This document shows positions 19,512 through 28,826 of a stretch of DNA of 64,000 nt, piece after piece. Each line of letters opens with the position of its first letter. Position 1 is the first letter of the stretch. The position numbers and the translations under genes are program-made. A model generated the notes under the pieces. It worked only from the letters and a program-made list of their open reading frames with translations. It did not search any database and was not told the origin of the DNA. Where the stretch lies: positions 64,001 through 128,000 of IMG/VR virus record IMGVR_UViG_3300030419_004857; one strand, given 5' to 3'. This DNA is from a virus.

Positions 19512-20010
19512 TTCGCAATGTTTGAATTATGCTTTGTAATTTTAAATCAACAACCCGTTTAGAACAGTGTAATTCTTCTGCGATTTCTTTGTTGGTGTGG
19601 TTTTGAAGTTTCAGTTGGAGAATAAATTTCTCGTTTGCTGTGAGATAGTCTGGGATAAATTCCATGATTTTATCTTTGTCAAAAAACTTTTGATCTCCAG
19701 CCGCAGAATCTAACAGATTGGTATCGTATATAATCTTTGGCTTTTTTCTTTTGGGGTCTTTTCTTTTGTAGTTTAGAAATGCATTTTTTATGCACAAAGT
19801 GGCAAAAGTGGAGAACTTAGATTTTGTTTCATCATATTTTCTTATGGCTTTCAATAGAGCTATTAGTCCAACCTGAATGAAATCTTCAAGGTTAGATTTA
19901 TTGTCGTCACCTAAAAAAGAAAGAGCCTGAGAAACGACTAGTCCATAATGTTCATGAACCAGTTCGTTCTCAAGCCCTTCTCCGTTTTTTATTATCACTT
20001 CATCATTCAT
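19498..20010 (-). CDS. Phage sigma-70-family factor (regions 2+4)
   Basis: EDFIQVGLIALLKAIRKYDETKSKFSTFATLCIKN; C-terminal HTH TNKEIAEEL. Confidence 0.85.
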   Translation of the reverse strand: MNDEVIIKNGEGLENELVHEHYGLVVSQALSFLGDDNKSNLEDFIQVGLIALLKAIRKYDETKSKFSTFATLCIKNAFLNYKRKDPKRKKPKIIYDTNLLDSAAGDQKFFDKDKIMEFIPDYLTANEKFILQLKLQNHTNKEIAEELHCSKRVVDLKLQSIIQTLRNANE

Positions 20011-20407
20011 CTGTTGTGTCTGACACGGCATCTAGAACAGTTTCTTTTGAATCTTCTGTCTTGGTGGTGTCACCATAATTATTATTGAATAACTTAAATT
20101 CCTTAACACGGAATCTAATTTGGAACTTCTTGTTGCCCTCTTTATCTACCCAAGAATTATTGCGCGCAGAAGCAACTAAATCAACAATGTCACCCTTCTT
20201 GCAGTATTTATTTAATGTGGTGGCTCCTGAATCCCATGCTTCAAAATCGAGATAGCTTACTGTCTTCTTTTTGTCACCATTCTTTTCTCGTCTGTATTCA
20301 CTCACTGCGAGAGTGAAAGTAAGAAGATCCGTGTTTTCTAGTTTAATAAGCTTAGGATCACCAGCAAGACGACCAATAAATCTACAGTAGTTAGAAATAG
20401 TATTCAT
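20003..20407 (-). CDS. ssb: Single-stranded DNA-binding protein
   Basis: N...IGRLAGDP, FTLAV, EAW...A....YCKKGD, W.DKEG; acidic tail. Confidence 0.9.
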   Translation of the reverse strand: MNTISNYCRFIGRLAGDPKLIKLENTDLLTFTLAVSEYRREKNGDKKKTVSYLDFEAWDSGATTLNKYCKKGDIVDLVASARNNSWVDKEGNKKFQIRFRVKEFKLFNNNYGDTTKTEDSKETVLDAVSDTTDE

Positions 20408-20424
20408 ATCAATCCTTCCAATAG

Positions 20425-20446
20425 AGTCCAGTTTTCTATATTATAG
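20425..20446 (-). promoter_or_regulatory. Putative promoter upstream of ssb (GCTATAATATAGAAAACTGGACT)
   Basis: TATAAT in a 60-nt intergenic gap, followed by an AAGGA RBS. Confidence 0.45.
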
Positions 20447-20467
20447 CTGTTTTATACAAAAATCGCA

Positions 20468-22039
20468 CTAAATTTGAAAAACATCCTCCACGACCATGCC
20501 GTCGTGATCAGATTTTCGTGATGTGGCACACGATAATATCACAGTGTTTTCACCATATAAAATCCCCTTATATTTTTGCAATTGTTCTGGGAAGATAGTA
20601 ACAGAATCTACGCTTCCCGTTTGGTCTTCGACACACAAAAACGCCATATCCTTACCCTTAGACTTACCCTTTTTAATCGTATACTTCCTGATGTCAGTTA
20701 GAGTAACGGCAAGTTTCATTTTTCCCTGTTTGCCGTCTAGAAACTCTTTGCAGGTAGTGTCTGCCATGCTAGTGTCGCATGATTCCACTTTGGAATAAGT
20801 TAGAGGTACTCCCAGATAGCCCTCCTCTGTTCTGGTTATCCATTCTGGATCGTCATCCAGAGGATACGATGGTGACTTTGTATGAAGAATTAGATCTTCA
20901 ACTATTGCGCACCTGTTTACATTGGAAGTCCCGCCACCGTTTTTCTTAGTCGGGGCTAGTGCGGTTAAAGCTTCCAAGAGACTTGAATAATTTGACTGTT
21001 TATCAGAAACCCAAGATCGTTCTAACTTTGTTAATTTTTTCCAAGTGTCAAATTCGTCTAACATTTTGGTTCGACTGTTATTGGTATTTGGAACTATGCC
21101 TAAAGAGATCATAGCAACAACAATCGAAGAATTAGCATTCATGGAGAGGTTGACTAGAAACTCGTACCAAGACCAATCTTCTACCTTTTTGTTTAGCAGC
21201 TTTTCGGCCTTTTCGGATTCTTCTTTTAGCTTTATAATTTGTTTTGAGCCTATAGATTTAATGTTTTTAAACCCAAAATGGATTTTATCACCAATAATAA
21301 CAGTGTCTTCGTTCATAGCTCCTAACGAAGGAGGCTGAATGAAAATGTCATTAACCTTCGCGTCAATTACCAGTTCCTTTACTTCCTGCTGTGGATCTTG
21401 TTTTCCGTCAGAGAAGTGCAAATACTGGGAATAGAACTCAAGTGGAAAATGTGCTTTAGCATAAGCAGACCAGTAAGCACAAATAGCATAAGAAACAGCA
21501 TGGGACTTATTAAAAGCATAACGACTTGATTTTTCAATCCAGCCGAATATCTCCTCCGCTGTTTCTTTAGGAACAATATCTTCATTTTCTGATCCTTCAA
21601 GAAACCTCTTTTTAACTTCAATCATCAAGTCAGCCTTTTTCTTGCCGATTGCCTTCCTTAGATCGTCGGCTTCTTGCAAATTGAACCCTGCAATTCTTTG
21701 GGCAATTTCCATGGACTGTTCTTGGTATACCAAAACCCCCTGCGTTTTTTCCAAAATTGGCTCTAACGCATCGTGCAGATAAGTTACCTGCTCTTTGCCA
21801 TGTTTGCGATCAACATAATGCTGCGTCATTGATTTGCCGTCAACAATTGCTTTGAGACACCCCGGACGTAGCAACGCAACCAAAGCGGCTAACTCTTCAA
21901 GATTTCTCGGTTTAAGCCTTTTTGCCCAAGATTTACCCAGACTACTCTCTAACTGAAAAACCCCCTTGGTTCTGCCCGCACAAATAAGATCCCAAGCCTG
22001 AGCATCTTCATATCCAATGTTGCTTACATCAAATTTCAT
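20468..22039 (-). CDS. dnaE: DNA polymerase III alpha, C-terminal half (fingers, HhH, OB)
   Basis: GVFQLES, ALLRPG, TQGVLVYQEQ, ADDLRKAIGKKK, YAFNKSHAVSYA, MAFL..EDQTG. Confidence 0.92.
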   Translation of the reverse strand: MKFDVSNIGYEDAQAWDLICAGRTKGVFQLESSLGKSWAKRLKPRNLEELAALVALLRPGCLKAIVDGKSMTQHYVDRKHGKEQVTYLHDALEPILEKTQGVLVYQEQSMEIAQRIAGFNLQEADDLRKAIGKKKADLMIEVKKRFLEGSENEDIVPKETAEEIFGWIEKSSRYAFNKSHAVSYAICAYWSAYAKAHFPLEFYSQYLHFSDGKQDPQQEVKELVIDAKVNDIFIQPPSLGAMNEDTVIIGDKIHFGFKNIKSIGSKQIIKLKEESEKAEKLLNKKVEDWSWYEFLVNLSMNANSSIVVAMISLGIVPNTNNSRTKMLDEFDTWKKLTKLERSWVSDKQSNYSSLLEALTALAPTKKNGGGTSNVNRCAIVEDLILHTKSPSYPLDDDPEWITRTEEGYLGVPLTYSKVESCDTSMADTTCKEFLDGKQGKMKLAVTLTDIRKYTIKKGKSKGKDMAFLCVEDQTGSVDSVTIFPEQLQKYKGILYGENTVILSCATSRKSDHDGMVVEDVFQI

Positions 22040-22048
22040 AAATTTTTC

Positions 22049-22732
22049 CTACAGATGAATTCTACCGTCTGCAAACGCTTGTTCAAATTTAATCTTTGGG
22101 GACATTTTTCGATAGAGCTTCATAAAAGCTATTAGTAGATTTGCCGTATCTTTTACATCTTGTAGGGCGTCGTGAGCATTATCCTTTGGAACGCCCAACA
22201 AATCTCTCATCGAATCCATGCTGATAGATTTAACATCGGAATTATTTTCGAACCAAAGCCACACAGTTTCCATCAAGTCAATCTTATGAATTCTATTGAA
22301 CAGAACCTGTTCCCCCCTCTTTTTATCAATAGGTCCATATTCAGAACACATTCTTTCAACTATGTGCATATCAAAGCCGTGAATATTATATCCGGCCATT
22401 ACTGGCGCGTAGTAAGGAGTTTTCTTAAAGTTGTATTTATTTACAAAATTAGTAAATTTGTTCCATACGGTTTTAGGTAAGGGGGCTTTTGCTAAAAGCT
22501 TTCTTTCCTTTTTGGTCACCGCCAACGCCTCATCTTCTATAGGGTCTAAACCTGCGGCCACCGCCTTCTCATCATCCAAGATGGGGCGAATTTCGCTATT
22601 AAAGTAGCCACCCGGCTGCACGGTCAATTTTCTTCCGTGAATCGCCACGGCGGCAACTTGTGTGGGTTGAGTTTTGTGAGGGTTTCTGCTCCCGGTTTCA
22701 AAATCGACAACAATAATATCCCGGTAATTCAT
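22049..22732 (-). CDS. DEDDh 3'-5' exonuclease (DnaQ/epsilon-like)
   Basis: VDFETG, GYN..GFD, HDALQDV. Confidence 0.88.
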   Translation of the reverse strand: MNYRDIIVVDFETGSRNPHKTQPTQVAAVAIHGRKLTVQPGGYFNSEIRPILDDEKAVAAGLDPIEDEALAVTKKERKLLAKAPLPKTVWNKFTNFVNKYNFKKTPYYAPVMAGYNIHGFDMHIVERMCSEYGPIDKKRGEQVLFNRIHKIDLMETVWLWFENNSDVKSISMDSMRDLLGVPKDNAHDALQDVKDTANLLIAFMKLYRKMSPKIKFEQAFADGRIHL

Positions 22733-22741
22733 GGCGTTCCT

Positions 22742-22957
22742 TTATTTTTTGAGTTTATATTTGATTTCTAGAAATTTACTGATGGCCCTGTCAATATTAT
22801 AATAAAATTTACTAAATTTGTATTTATGATTGTCAGAATGTACCTGATAAACATCCTCTCTTGGAACTATACGTTCTATACAACAAATGCATACATCGTC
22901 TACTTCTTCGTAATGTCCAAGCTCCAACTTGCGCCTTATTTTTTGTCTAACTGTCAT
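22742..22957 (-). CDS. Small hypothetical protein
   Basis: ATGA overlap with the dnaE-N stop; fills the gap. Confidence 0.6.
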   Translation of the reverse strand: MTVRQKIRRKLELGHYEEVDDVCICCIERIVPREDVYQVHSDNHKYKFSKFYYNIDRAISKFLEIKYKLKK

Positions 22958-24858
22958 TGGTTTGGTTCCAGTACACTTCTAATTCCCATGATTTTGTCCA
23001 ATAGAGAAACTCCTAAAATATCGAATTTAACATGACCCATTGCTTCTAAATCGTTCATTTCCATCCCCGCTATCTTTTCAGACCCCTTTTTATCTCGTAC
23101 CATGGGGCAGACTTTATCTAAACTATTAGATGAGATAACCACCCCAGCCGCATGCTTTCCTTGAGATTTAAATGTACCCTCAATTCTCATGGCCTGTTCA
23201 AACAGCTTTGAATAGTCCCCCTCCAAAGTTCCATCATCGTTTAGTCTACAATAATCTCTTAACGTGTCGGGCTGATTTGCTAAAGCCCATTCGATGACAG
23301 ACTGTCCCCCCATGTCAGCTAGCTGGTCTGAGATTTCATGTTCATGAGGTAGACTTTTAGTGATCACGTTCATCTCATCGTATGAACACGCCTGATTCAT
23401 TCTAAGCACTTCTTTTAGGGCGCTTCGACCCTGCAATCTTCCAAACGTAACCATTTGCCCGACCTTGTCTCTTCCATATTTTTCTCTGATATAGTCGATG
23501 GTTTCATCGCGCTTGGTGGCCGGTACATCTATATCAATATCGGGCAAAGAGATATGGTCTTCTGTGTTTCTTCCGGCGTTATAAAATCTTTCGAAAATTA
23601 AACCGTGTTCTATAGGATCAACCTGTGTAACGCCTATGAGATAAGAAACCAAACATCCTGCGGCAGACCCCCTCCCCGGACCCGGAAGCCAATCGTTTTC
23701 TTTTATATTTGCTACGATATCTCTAACGATTAAAAAATATCCAGATAGATTGGCATCACTGATTACCTCTAACTCTTTAGTGATTCTGTCCACATAAATA
23801 TTTTCATTCGGACCAAGTTTGCTGGTGTTGCTTAACTTTGCCTTCCAGCCCTCTCTGCACAACTGTCTGAGATAGGTTTCTTCTTCCACGTCTTCTGGAC
23901 ACTTGAACTTTGGAAGAGTCGGAGATCCTAAGATGTCATATTCTTCACACATGTCTGCTATTTGCATTGAATTCTTTAGTTCAGATTCTGTATGCAACTT
24001 AGACATTTCTTCATATGTCGGGATATGAAAATTGTTCGACTTTAAAAATCCAGAAAATCCCACATCTTCATTGTTGTCCAACTTTCTCTTAATGTCTCTA
24101 AGAGGAGTTTTCATAGCAGAGCATAACAACAATAGGTGGTCGCTAGCATCTTCTTTGGTGGGATAGTGTGAATCTGCCGTTGCGACAGACGGGATAGAAT
24201 ACTTTTTAGAGACGTATCTTAACCCCTGAGCGACCAACTTTGCTGCCGGGGAAACTTCTTCGTCTATACATTGAATTTCGATAAGAAAATTCTCTTTGCC
24301 AAAAATGTCTTTATACAAATTTGCCTGACTAAGAACTTTTGACTCCCAATCTGGATTAATGTACCTTTTAACTTCTTCTTCTGTTGAGGCTTTGTATGCA
24401 GATTTAGGGTCTTCGAAAATACAATTCGCTAACTCACTACCAAGATGACCGCTAAATGCAATTAAGTCTCCGTTCGCGTGCTCTTTTAAAATATCAAGAT
24501 CTAATCTAGGTTTAAAATAAAACAAATCCTCATCGTTACTTCGAGAAGTAATCTCGATTAGATTTTTCCAGCCATTAATGTTTTTTGCCAATACCACCAG
24601 ATGGCTTAGAGATCTATTTGAAACATCTTTAACTGTTGCTGGCTGATCGCTGATATATAGCTCGCATCCCAATATAGGCTTTATGTTCTTGTCCTTCATT
24701 GCTTTTGTAAAGGCTACTGCTCCAGCTATCGTTCCATGATCTGTAACAGCACAAGAATTATATCCTAGCTCAGAACATCTTGAAGCGACTTGTTCGGGCT
24801 TTGAGAGTCCATCCAACAGGCTGTAGTGAGTATGCAAATGTAGAGGTGTCCAATTCAT
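22954..24858 (-). CDS. dnaE: DNA polymerase III alpha, N-terminal half (PHP, palm, thumb)
   Basis: HLHTHYSLLDG, TDHG, DSHY, GPGRGSAAG, FERF, PDIDID, HAAGVVI, KFDILG. Confidence 0.93.
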   Translation of the reverse strand: MNWTPLHLHTHYSLLDGLSKPEQVASRCSELGYNSCAVTDHGTIAGAVAFTKAMKDKNIKPILGCELYISDQPATVKDVSNRSLSHLVVLAKNINGWKNLIEITSRSNDEDLFYFKPRLDLDILKEHANGDLIAFSGHLGSELANCIFEDPKSAYKASTEEEVKRYINPDWESKVLSQANLYKDIFGKENFLIEIQCIDEEVSPAAKLVAQGLRYVSKKYSIPSVATADSHYPTKEDASDHLLLLCSAMKTPLRDIKRKLDNNEDVGFSGFLKSNNFHIPTYEEMSKLHTESELKNSMQIADMCEEYDILGSPTLPKFKCPEDVEEETYLRQLCREGWKAKLSNTSKLGPNENIYVDRITKELEVISDANLSGYFLIVRDIVANIKENDWLPGPGRGSAAGCLVSYLIGVTQVDPIEHGLIFERFYNAGRNTEDHISLPDIDIDVPATKRDETIDYIREKYGRDKVGQMVTFGRLQGRSALKEVLRMNQACSYDEMNVITKSLPHEHEISDQLADMGGQSVIEWALANQPDTLRDYCRLNDDGTLEGDYSKLFEQAMRIEGTFKSQGKHAAGVVISSNSLDKVCPMVRDKKGSEKIAGMEMNDLEAMGHVKFDILGVSLLDKIMGIRSVLEPNQ

Positions 24859-24862
24859 TATT

Positions 24863-25567
24863 CTATATTCCGTCTATTCGATTTCTGTGTTTAGCAATCT
24901 CGTATTGCATAAGAATTCCACCGCGCATGCCATCACTATCCTCTACGAAACTATGTGTTGACCTCTGAATTGCTAGACTGGGCACACAGATATAGAAATT
25001 ATATTGTCTAGCCATCTTCGTTCCTAAAATCCAATCTATGGGACCGATTGGATCGTATGTTACGAGCTTCTCAATTATATTACGTTTGAGAATACATGCA
25101 TGAAAACCCGCATGTCTCTGTGATTGCTCGATCTTGAACTTTTCATACATCTCATAATGCGGCGGGTTTCCACCGTGATACGAACCCAGCCACAAACCGT
25201 CCCATTCTTTGTATTCTATTTGTTGAAGATTTTCTACAAAATCATTGGTGAAGTAAGCGTCGTCTTCTAGAAAGAGCGCATTACTCACCCCTTCTTCCAG
25301 AACAATGTTCATCATTTCTTTATGACATTTCCATGCGTTGTACGCATTGGGACGGTTTACCCATGAATTATGACCAGATGTTAACGGTTTCTCGTTATTA
25401 TCCACCTTGTCATAGACGTGTCCATCTAATGATTGCCCATCGCCAGCGATAAACTTGTGCATGGGTCTACCGAATATGCTCTTTACCTGTTCGTCCAATT
25501 CGGACCAGAGCTTCACCCTCTTATCTAAACACAAACAAATAATCTTATCTATATCTGATATGTTCAT
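24863..25567 (-). CDS. Family 25-like glycosyltransferase
   Basis: ICLCLDKR, AW..H, LFLEDDA, WD.LWLG, PIDW; ATGA overlap supports a start at 25567. Confidence 0.8.
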   Translation of the reverse strand: MNISDIDKIICLCLDKRVKLWSELDEQVKSIFGRPMHKFIAGDGQSLDGHVYDKVDNNEKPLTSGHNSWVNRPNAYNAWKCHKEMMNIVLEEGVSNALFLEDDAYFTNDFVENLQQIEYKEWDGLWLGSYHGGNPPHYEMYEKFKIEQSQRHAGFHACILKRNIIEKLVTYDPIGPIDWILGTKMARQYNFYICVPSLAIQRSTHSFVEDSDGMRGGILMQYEIAKHRNRIDGI

Positions 25568-26241
25568 CTTATGTAGATCCCATCTCCCCAAGAATGATGC
25601 GCCATGTAAGTGTCTACTCTGTCAAATCCGTATCCCGATAAAAATTCGTCAATCTCGCTCGCTTTAGCTCCTCCTACATAAAGCTCCTCAAAGGCCAACT
25701 CTGTGTAGATAACTTTACAAGAACCTGACTCTAGATATTTTTTCATGCCTTCCAGAGCCTTCATTTCTGCACCCTGCAAATCCATATTCAGGAATTCAAA
25801 GTCTTTTGGATTGAATTCATGCCTCTTGAAGAGGGTGTCCAGTGTAATTGTGTTAACTTTAACCTGAGAAACTTCATCAATATGAGGGTAATATTCTTTG
25901 TGTTTTCCCAAAGAAAGAAGTGATGAACAGCCGCAGTTACCCTGTTCAGGAAAATTATGATAATTTTGACGATCATCAGGATAAATAATTTTAAAATCGA
26001 CCGTGCTATCATCTACATCCGAAATAGCATAATCAAATACATTCTGAAAATTCTCGTCAAAATCATATAAATTTTTACGAATGATAGGTAGCAAGTCTGG
26101 ATTTGCCTCAACCCAAATTACACGATCTATTTCGCAAGCTCTGTACTCATACCTTTCTTCTGCCTTACAGGCTCCTAAATGAATAGCCCCTTTAATGTTT
26201 AGGTTGTAACGACTAATTATGCTTGCTAATGATTCTATCAT
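25564..26241 (-). CDS. FkbM-family methyltransferase
   Basis: HLGAC..EE, VEANP, SSLL, TLD, LNMDLQGAE..AL.G, LY.G, WGDG.Y. Confidence 0.88.
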   Translation of the reverse strand: MIESLASIISRYNLNIKGAIHLGACKAEERYEYRACEIDRVIWVEANPDLLPIIRKNLYDFDENFQNVFDYAISDVDDSTVDFKIIYPDDRQNYHNFPEQGNCGCSSLLSLGKHKEYYPHIDEVSQVKVNTITLDTLFKRHEFNPKDFEFLNMDLQGAEMKALEGMKKYLESGSCKVIYTELAFEELYVGGAKASEIDEFLSGYGFDRVDTYMAHHSWGDGIYIR

Positions 26242-26242
26242 T

Positions 26243-27247
26243 TTACTGTGCCGCCCTTCCACCACCAGCCCCGTATGATCCTATTTTGTCAACATTGCCA
26301 TATTCAAGAACCACTTTGTTTACCCCCTTTTTTCTCACTTCGTCTCTAATATGTTGACACATGCTTTTTTTAGCACCGGATTTGTACGGGGCGCTGAATT
26401 TGCATAATTTTTGACATTTCCAGTGGGTGTTTTCATTTGAAAGGAGTTTAGGATGACTCACATCACGGATATATTTGAACTTTCGTTTTAATATATTCTC
26501 TGCTTTTTTGTAATCAGTGTCATCAAAACACATCGAAAACAATCCGCCATCATTTATGTAAAATATACTTACTGAAAAATCGTAGTCTGGGTACAGATTT
26601 TTTAGGGCGTAGTAGTATAAAAGAAGCTGGGTGTCTTTTTGTAGACTCTCAAGGGTTTTCTCCTCCCCCGTGGCCCAGTTCAGCCTTCTGCCAGTTTTGT
26701 AGTCGATCAACTCGTAGTAATTCTCTTCGTGTTTCACGATTAAGTCAACAGTCCCTTTGATCGCCAAGTTTCCTTTTATGATTTTTCCGCCGATATCGTA
26801 AGAAAATTTGGCCCAAGGCTTATCAATTTCTATATCAAAAAACTTCTCGGTTGCAAACACGTTTTGATTTCTAGGATCTAGGAGTCCATTATTATAACTA
26901 ATGGCCTTTTCCACCCAGCCTGTACATTTCTTAAGTTCAGCCTTACTCAGATCCACATCTGGTTCTAAGTCGGTGTAATAATCAAACGCTTTTTCCGTAA
27001 CTTTTGGAATATTGTCACATTCCTTGAGCGAAAATCTTCCTAACTCGCCATCCCCAAAGCTCTTATTTCCTCTCTGCATGCAAAGCTTTTTATCAGCCAA
27101 TACCTGCAAAGCTTTATGGACGATGGTTCCCATAAGAGCTTTTTTATTTGTTTTATCCTTAAAAGCCAAATTATACTGTAGGAAGTATTTCTGCTCACAG
27201 AAATCCAAAGTACCCAAGCTACTACTTCTGTGATAACAAACTATCAT
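26243..27247 (-). CDS. Cas4/AddB-like PD-(D/E)XK exonuclease with probable Fe-S staple
   Basis: S.S....FCEQKY, GTIVH..L, E, GTVD, IDYKTG, QLLLY, C-terminal C..LC...C. Confidence 0.8.
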   Translation of the reverse strand: MIVCYHRSSSLGTLDFCEQKYFLQYNLAFKDKTNKKALMGTIVHKALQVLADKKLCMQRGNKSFGDGELGRFSLKECDNIPKVTEKAFDYYTDLEPDVDLSKAELKKCTGWVEKAISYNNGLLDPRNQNVFATEKFFDIEIDKPWAKFSYDIGGKIIKGNLAIKGTVDLIVKHEENYYELIDYKTGRRLNWATGEEKTLESLQKDTQLLLYYYALKNLYPDYDFSVSIFYINDGGLFSMCFDDTDYKKAENILKRKFKYIRDVSHPKLLSNENTHWKCQKLCKFSAPYKSGAKKSMCQHIRDEVRKKGVNKVVLEYGNVDKIGSYGAGGGRAAQ

Positions 27248-27734
27248 TTAATTCATTTAACTCACTTATTTTAAGGTTGAAACAGTCCGCTTTTACTACA
27301 AAATTATTTGATGGATCTACGTCCCCTTTATTAAGAAAGGTTGCTTTGGAGAAATATTCATCTCTACCCATGACTCCTAAGATCCAAGCAGTTTTCCATT
27401 CATTGGGTTTACTTTTGTGCCATTCTATACGCACAAAAATGTAAGCATCGCATCTTTGGTGGTCGCTAGTTTTGGCTATTGAACACTCATAGAACGGCTT
27501 TGGTGGAGATGTGCAGCGTTTTGTTTTCACGTCGATCTTAAGGTCGCCCTTTATTATATCATAGTCGTATTTATCTACAATTTGCCCATTAATTAAATTG
27601 TTAACAACTTCTTCCCCCAGAAACCCCGCGATGTTTCCACGACCTCTAGTGATAGAATTATTAATTACACCCATAGATTTTGAGCGTTCTTTAGCCTTCT
27701 TAAGCATCTCCTTGGTAATTTCAACTTCAAACAT
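27222..27734 (-). CDS. Restriction-endonuclease-like (PD-(D/E)XK) protein
   Basis: G.LGE, DYD....KIDVKT, DAYIF. Confidence 0.55.
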   Translation of the reverse strand: MFEVEITKEMLKKAKERSKSMGVINNSITRGRGNIAGFLGEEVVNNLINGQIVDKYDYDIIKGDLKIDVKTKRCTSPPKPFYECSIAKTSDHQRCDAYIFVRIEWHKSKPNEWKTAWILGVMGRDEYFSKATFLNKGDVDPSNNFVVKADCFNLKISELNELNDSLLSQK

Positions 27735-28089
27735 TTAATTCTCTCCCGTATTCATCTTCCAATCTTACAATATCTTCTTCGGAACATTTTCCAAACTGCA
27801 TCTCGTAAGCAACAATGTCATCGTTTCCATTATTTATCAGTTGATGAGATTCATTCGTCTTTATATGAAAATATGATCCGGGTCCAACCTTCCATACAGA
27901 GGCATTAAGTCTCATTGCACCCCTCCCAGACACCACATACCAAAATTCCTCTCGTTTGTGGTGAAGCTGGTATGATATTGACTGTCCGGGTTGCACAACA
28001 ATTTTTTTAAAAACAACTTGGTCGTTTCTAAAATAATCCTTATAATATCCCCAAGGCTTACCTACTTGGTCACTTTTGCTTTCAGCCAT
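27727..28089 (-). CDS. Type II mannose-6-phosphate isomerase cupin domain
   Basis: KPWGYY, V.PGQSISYQLHHKREEFW.VVSG, H.L.N, E.QFG...EEDIVRLEDEYGR. Confidence 0.88.
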   Translation of the reverse strand: MAESKSDQVGKPWGYYKDYFRNDQVVFKKIVVQPGQSISYQLHHKREEFWYVVSGRGAMRLNASVWKVGPGSYFHIKTNESHQLINNGNDDIVAYEMQFGKCSEEDIVRLEDEYGRELNV

Positions 28090-28826
28090 CCCCACTCCTT
28101 TAGCGTGTTTAACAAGAGTTTATTAGATTCATCTATACTCATTGAAGAATTATCTATCACACAGTCGAAACCATCATATTCGTTAAGAGCAATTTCGCTA
28201 GCATGTTCATCTTCAAAGGGGTTTCTAGTTAGTCTGATGACTTTTCCACCCGCCTTTTGTAAAGCTTCTACTTCGTTTGGAAATCTACAATCAGCAACAA
28301 TCGCTAACTCTGTACCACTTTTATGAATTCTATCAATACAAGCCGCCGTCCAAATATCTGGTTTAATGGTCCTACAAATATCTGTTCCAAATACTTGCAT
28401 AAATTCTCTGGCTGTTAAATAACCTTCCTTATTCTTAACGCCCGGAATATGCTCCCACTTTATGTTAACAGGGGTGTTTTTGTCATCGTCGGACCCGTGA
28501 CACTGTTCGTAATTTAGGCCAAAAAGACCGATGCATAGCGCTTTTAGTGGGTCTGCAAAACTAAAGGCTTTCACGAATGGCCAGATATTTTGACTAGCAT
28601 ACATGCTAAACTCGTAATCGGTTCTGAACACGTCAATAATTCCAACACCCTCCACCTCCTCCCCTTTCTCGTCCAAGGATGTGGTGTTTACAAGAATTTC
28701 CCCCCGGTCATTCATAAAAAATTTATCAATTATATCATGAAATTTCATTTGATATCCATGAAGAAAATTGGCGCATGTGGTTTTTCCACTTTGCTTAGAT
28801 CCTGATATTCCCAAAATGTGCTGCAT
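28062..28826 (-). CDS. Deoxynucleoside monophosphate kinase (T4 gp1-like)
   Basis: GISGSKQSGKTT, SFADPLK, REFMQVFGTD, DCRFPNE, HASE. Confidence 0.88.
   Translation of the reverse strand: MQHILGISGSKQSGKTTCANFLHGYQMKFHDIIDKFFMNDRGEILVNTTSLDEKGEEVEGVGIIDVFRTDYEFSMYASQNIWPFVKAFSFADPLKALCIGLFGLNYEQCHGSDDDKNTPVNIKWEHIPGVKNKEGYLTAREFMQVFGTDICRTIKPDIWTAACIDRIHKSGTELAIVADCRFPNEVEALQKAGGKVIRLTRNPFEDEHASEIALNEYDGFDCVIDNSSMSIDESNKLLLNTLKEWGWLKAKVTK

Noticed and set aside
22040-22953. Intron or split intein joining the dnaE halves
   Set aside because: The gap is fully occupied by two coupled ORFs and neither fragment has intein terminal motifs. DnaB, RecA and NrdJ are also of normal length.
26243-27247. 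CRISPR-Cas system suggested by the Cas4-like nuclease
   Set aside because: No repeat-spacer array or other cas genes; solo Cas4-like nucleases are common in phage replication modules.
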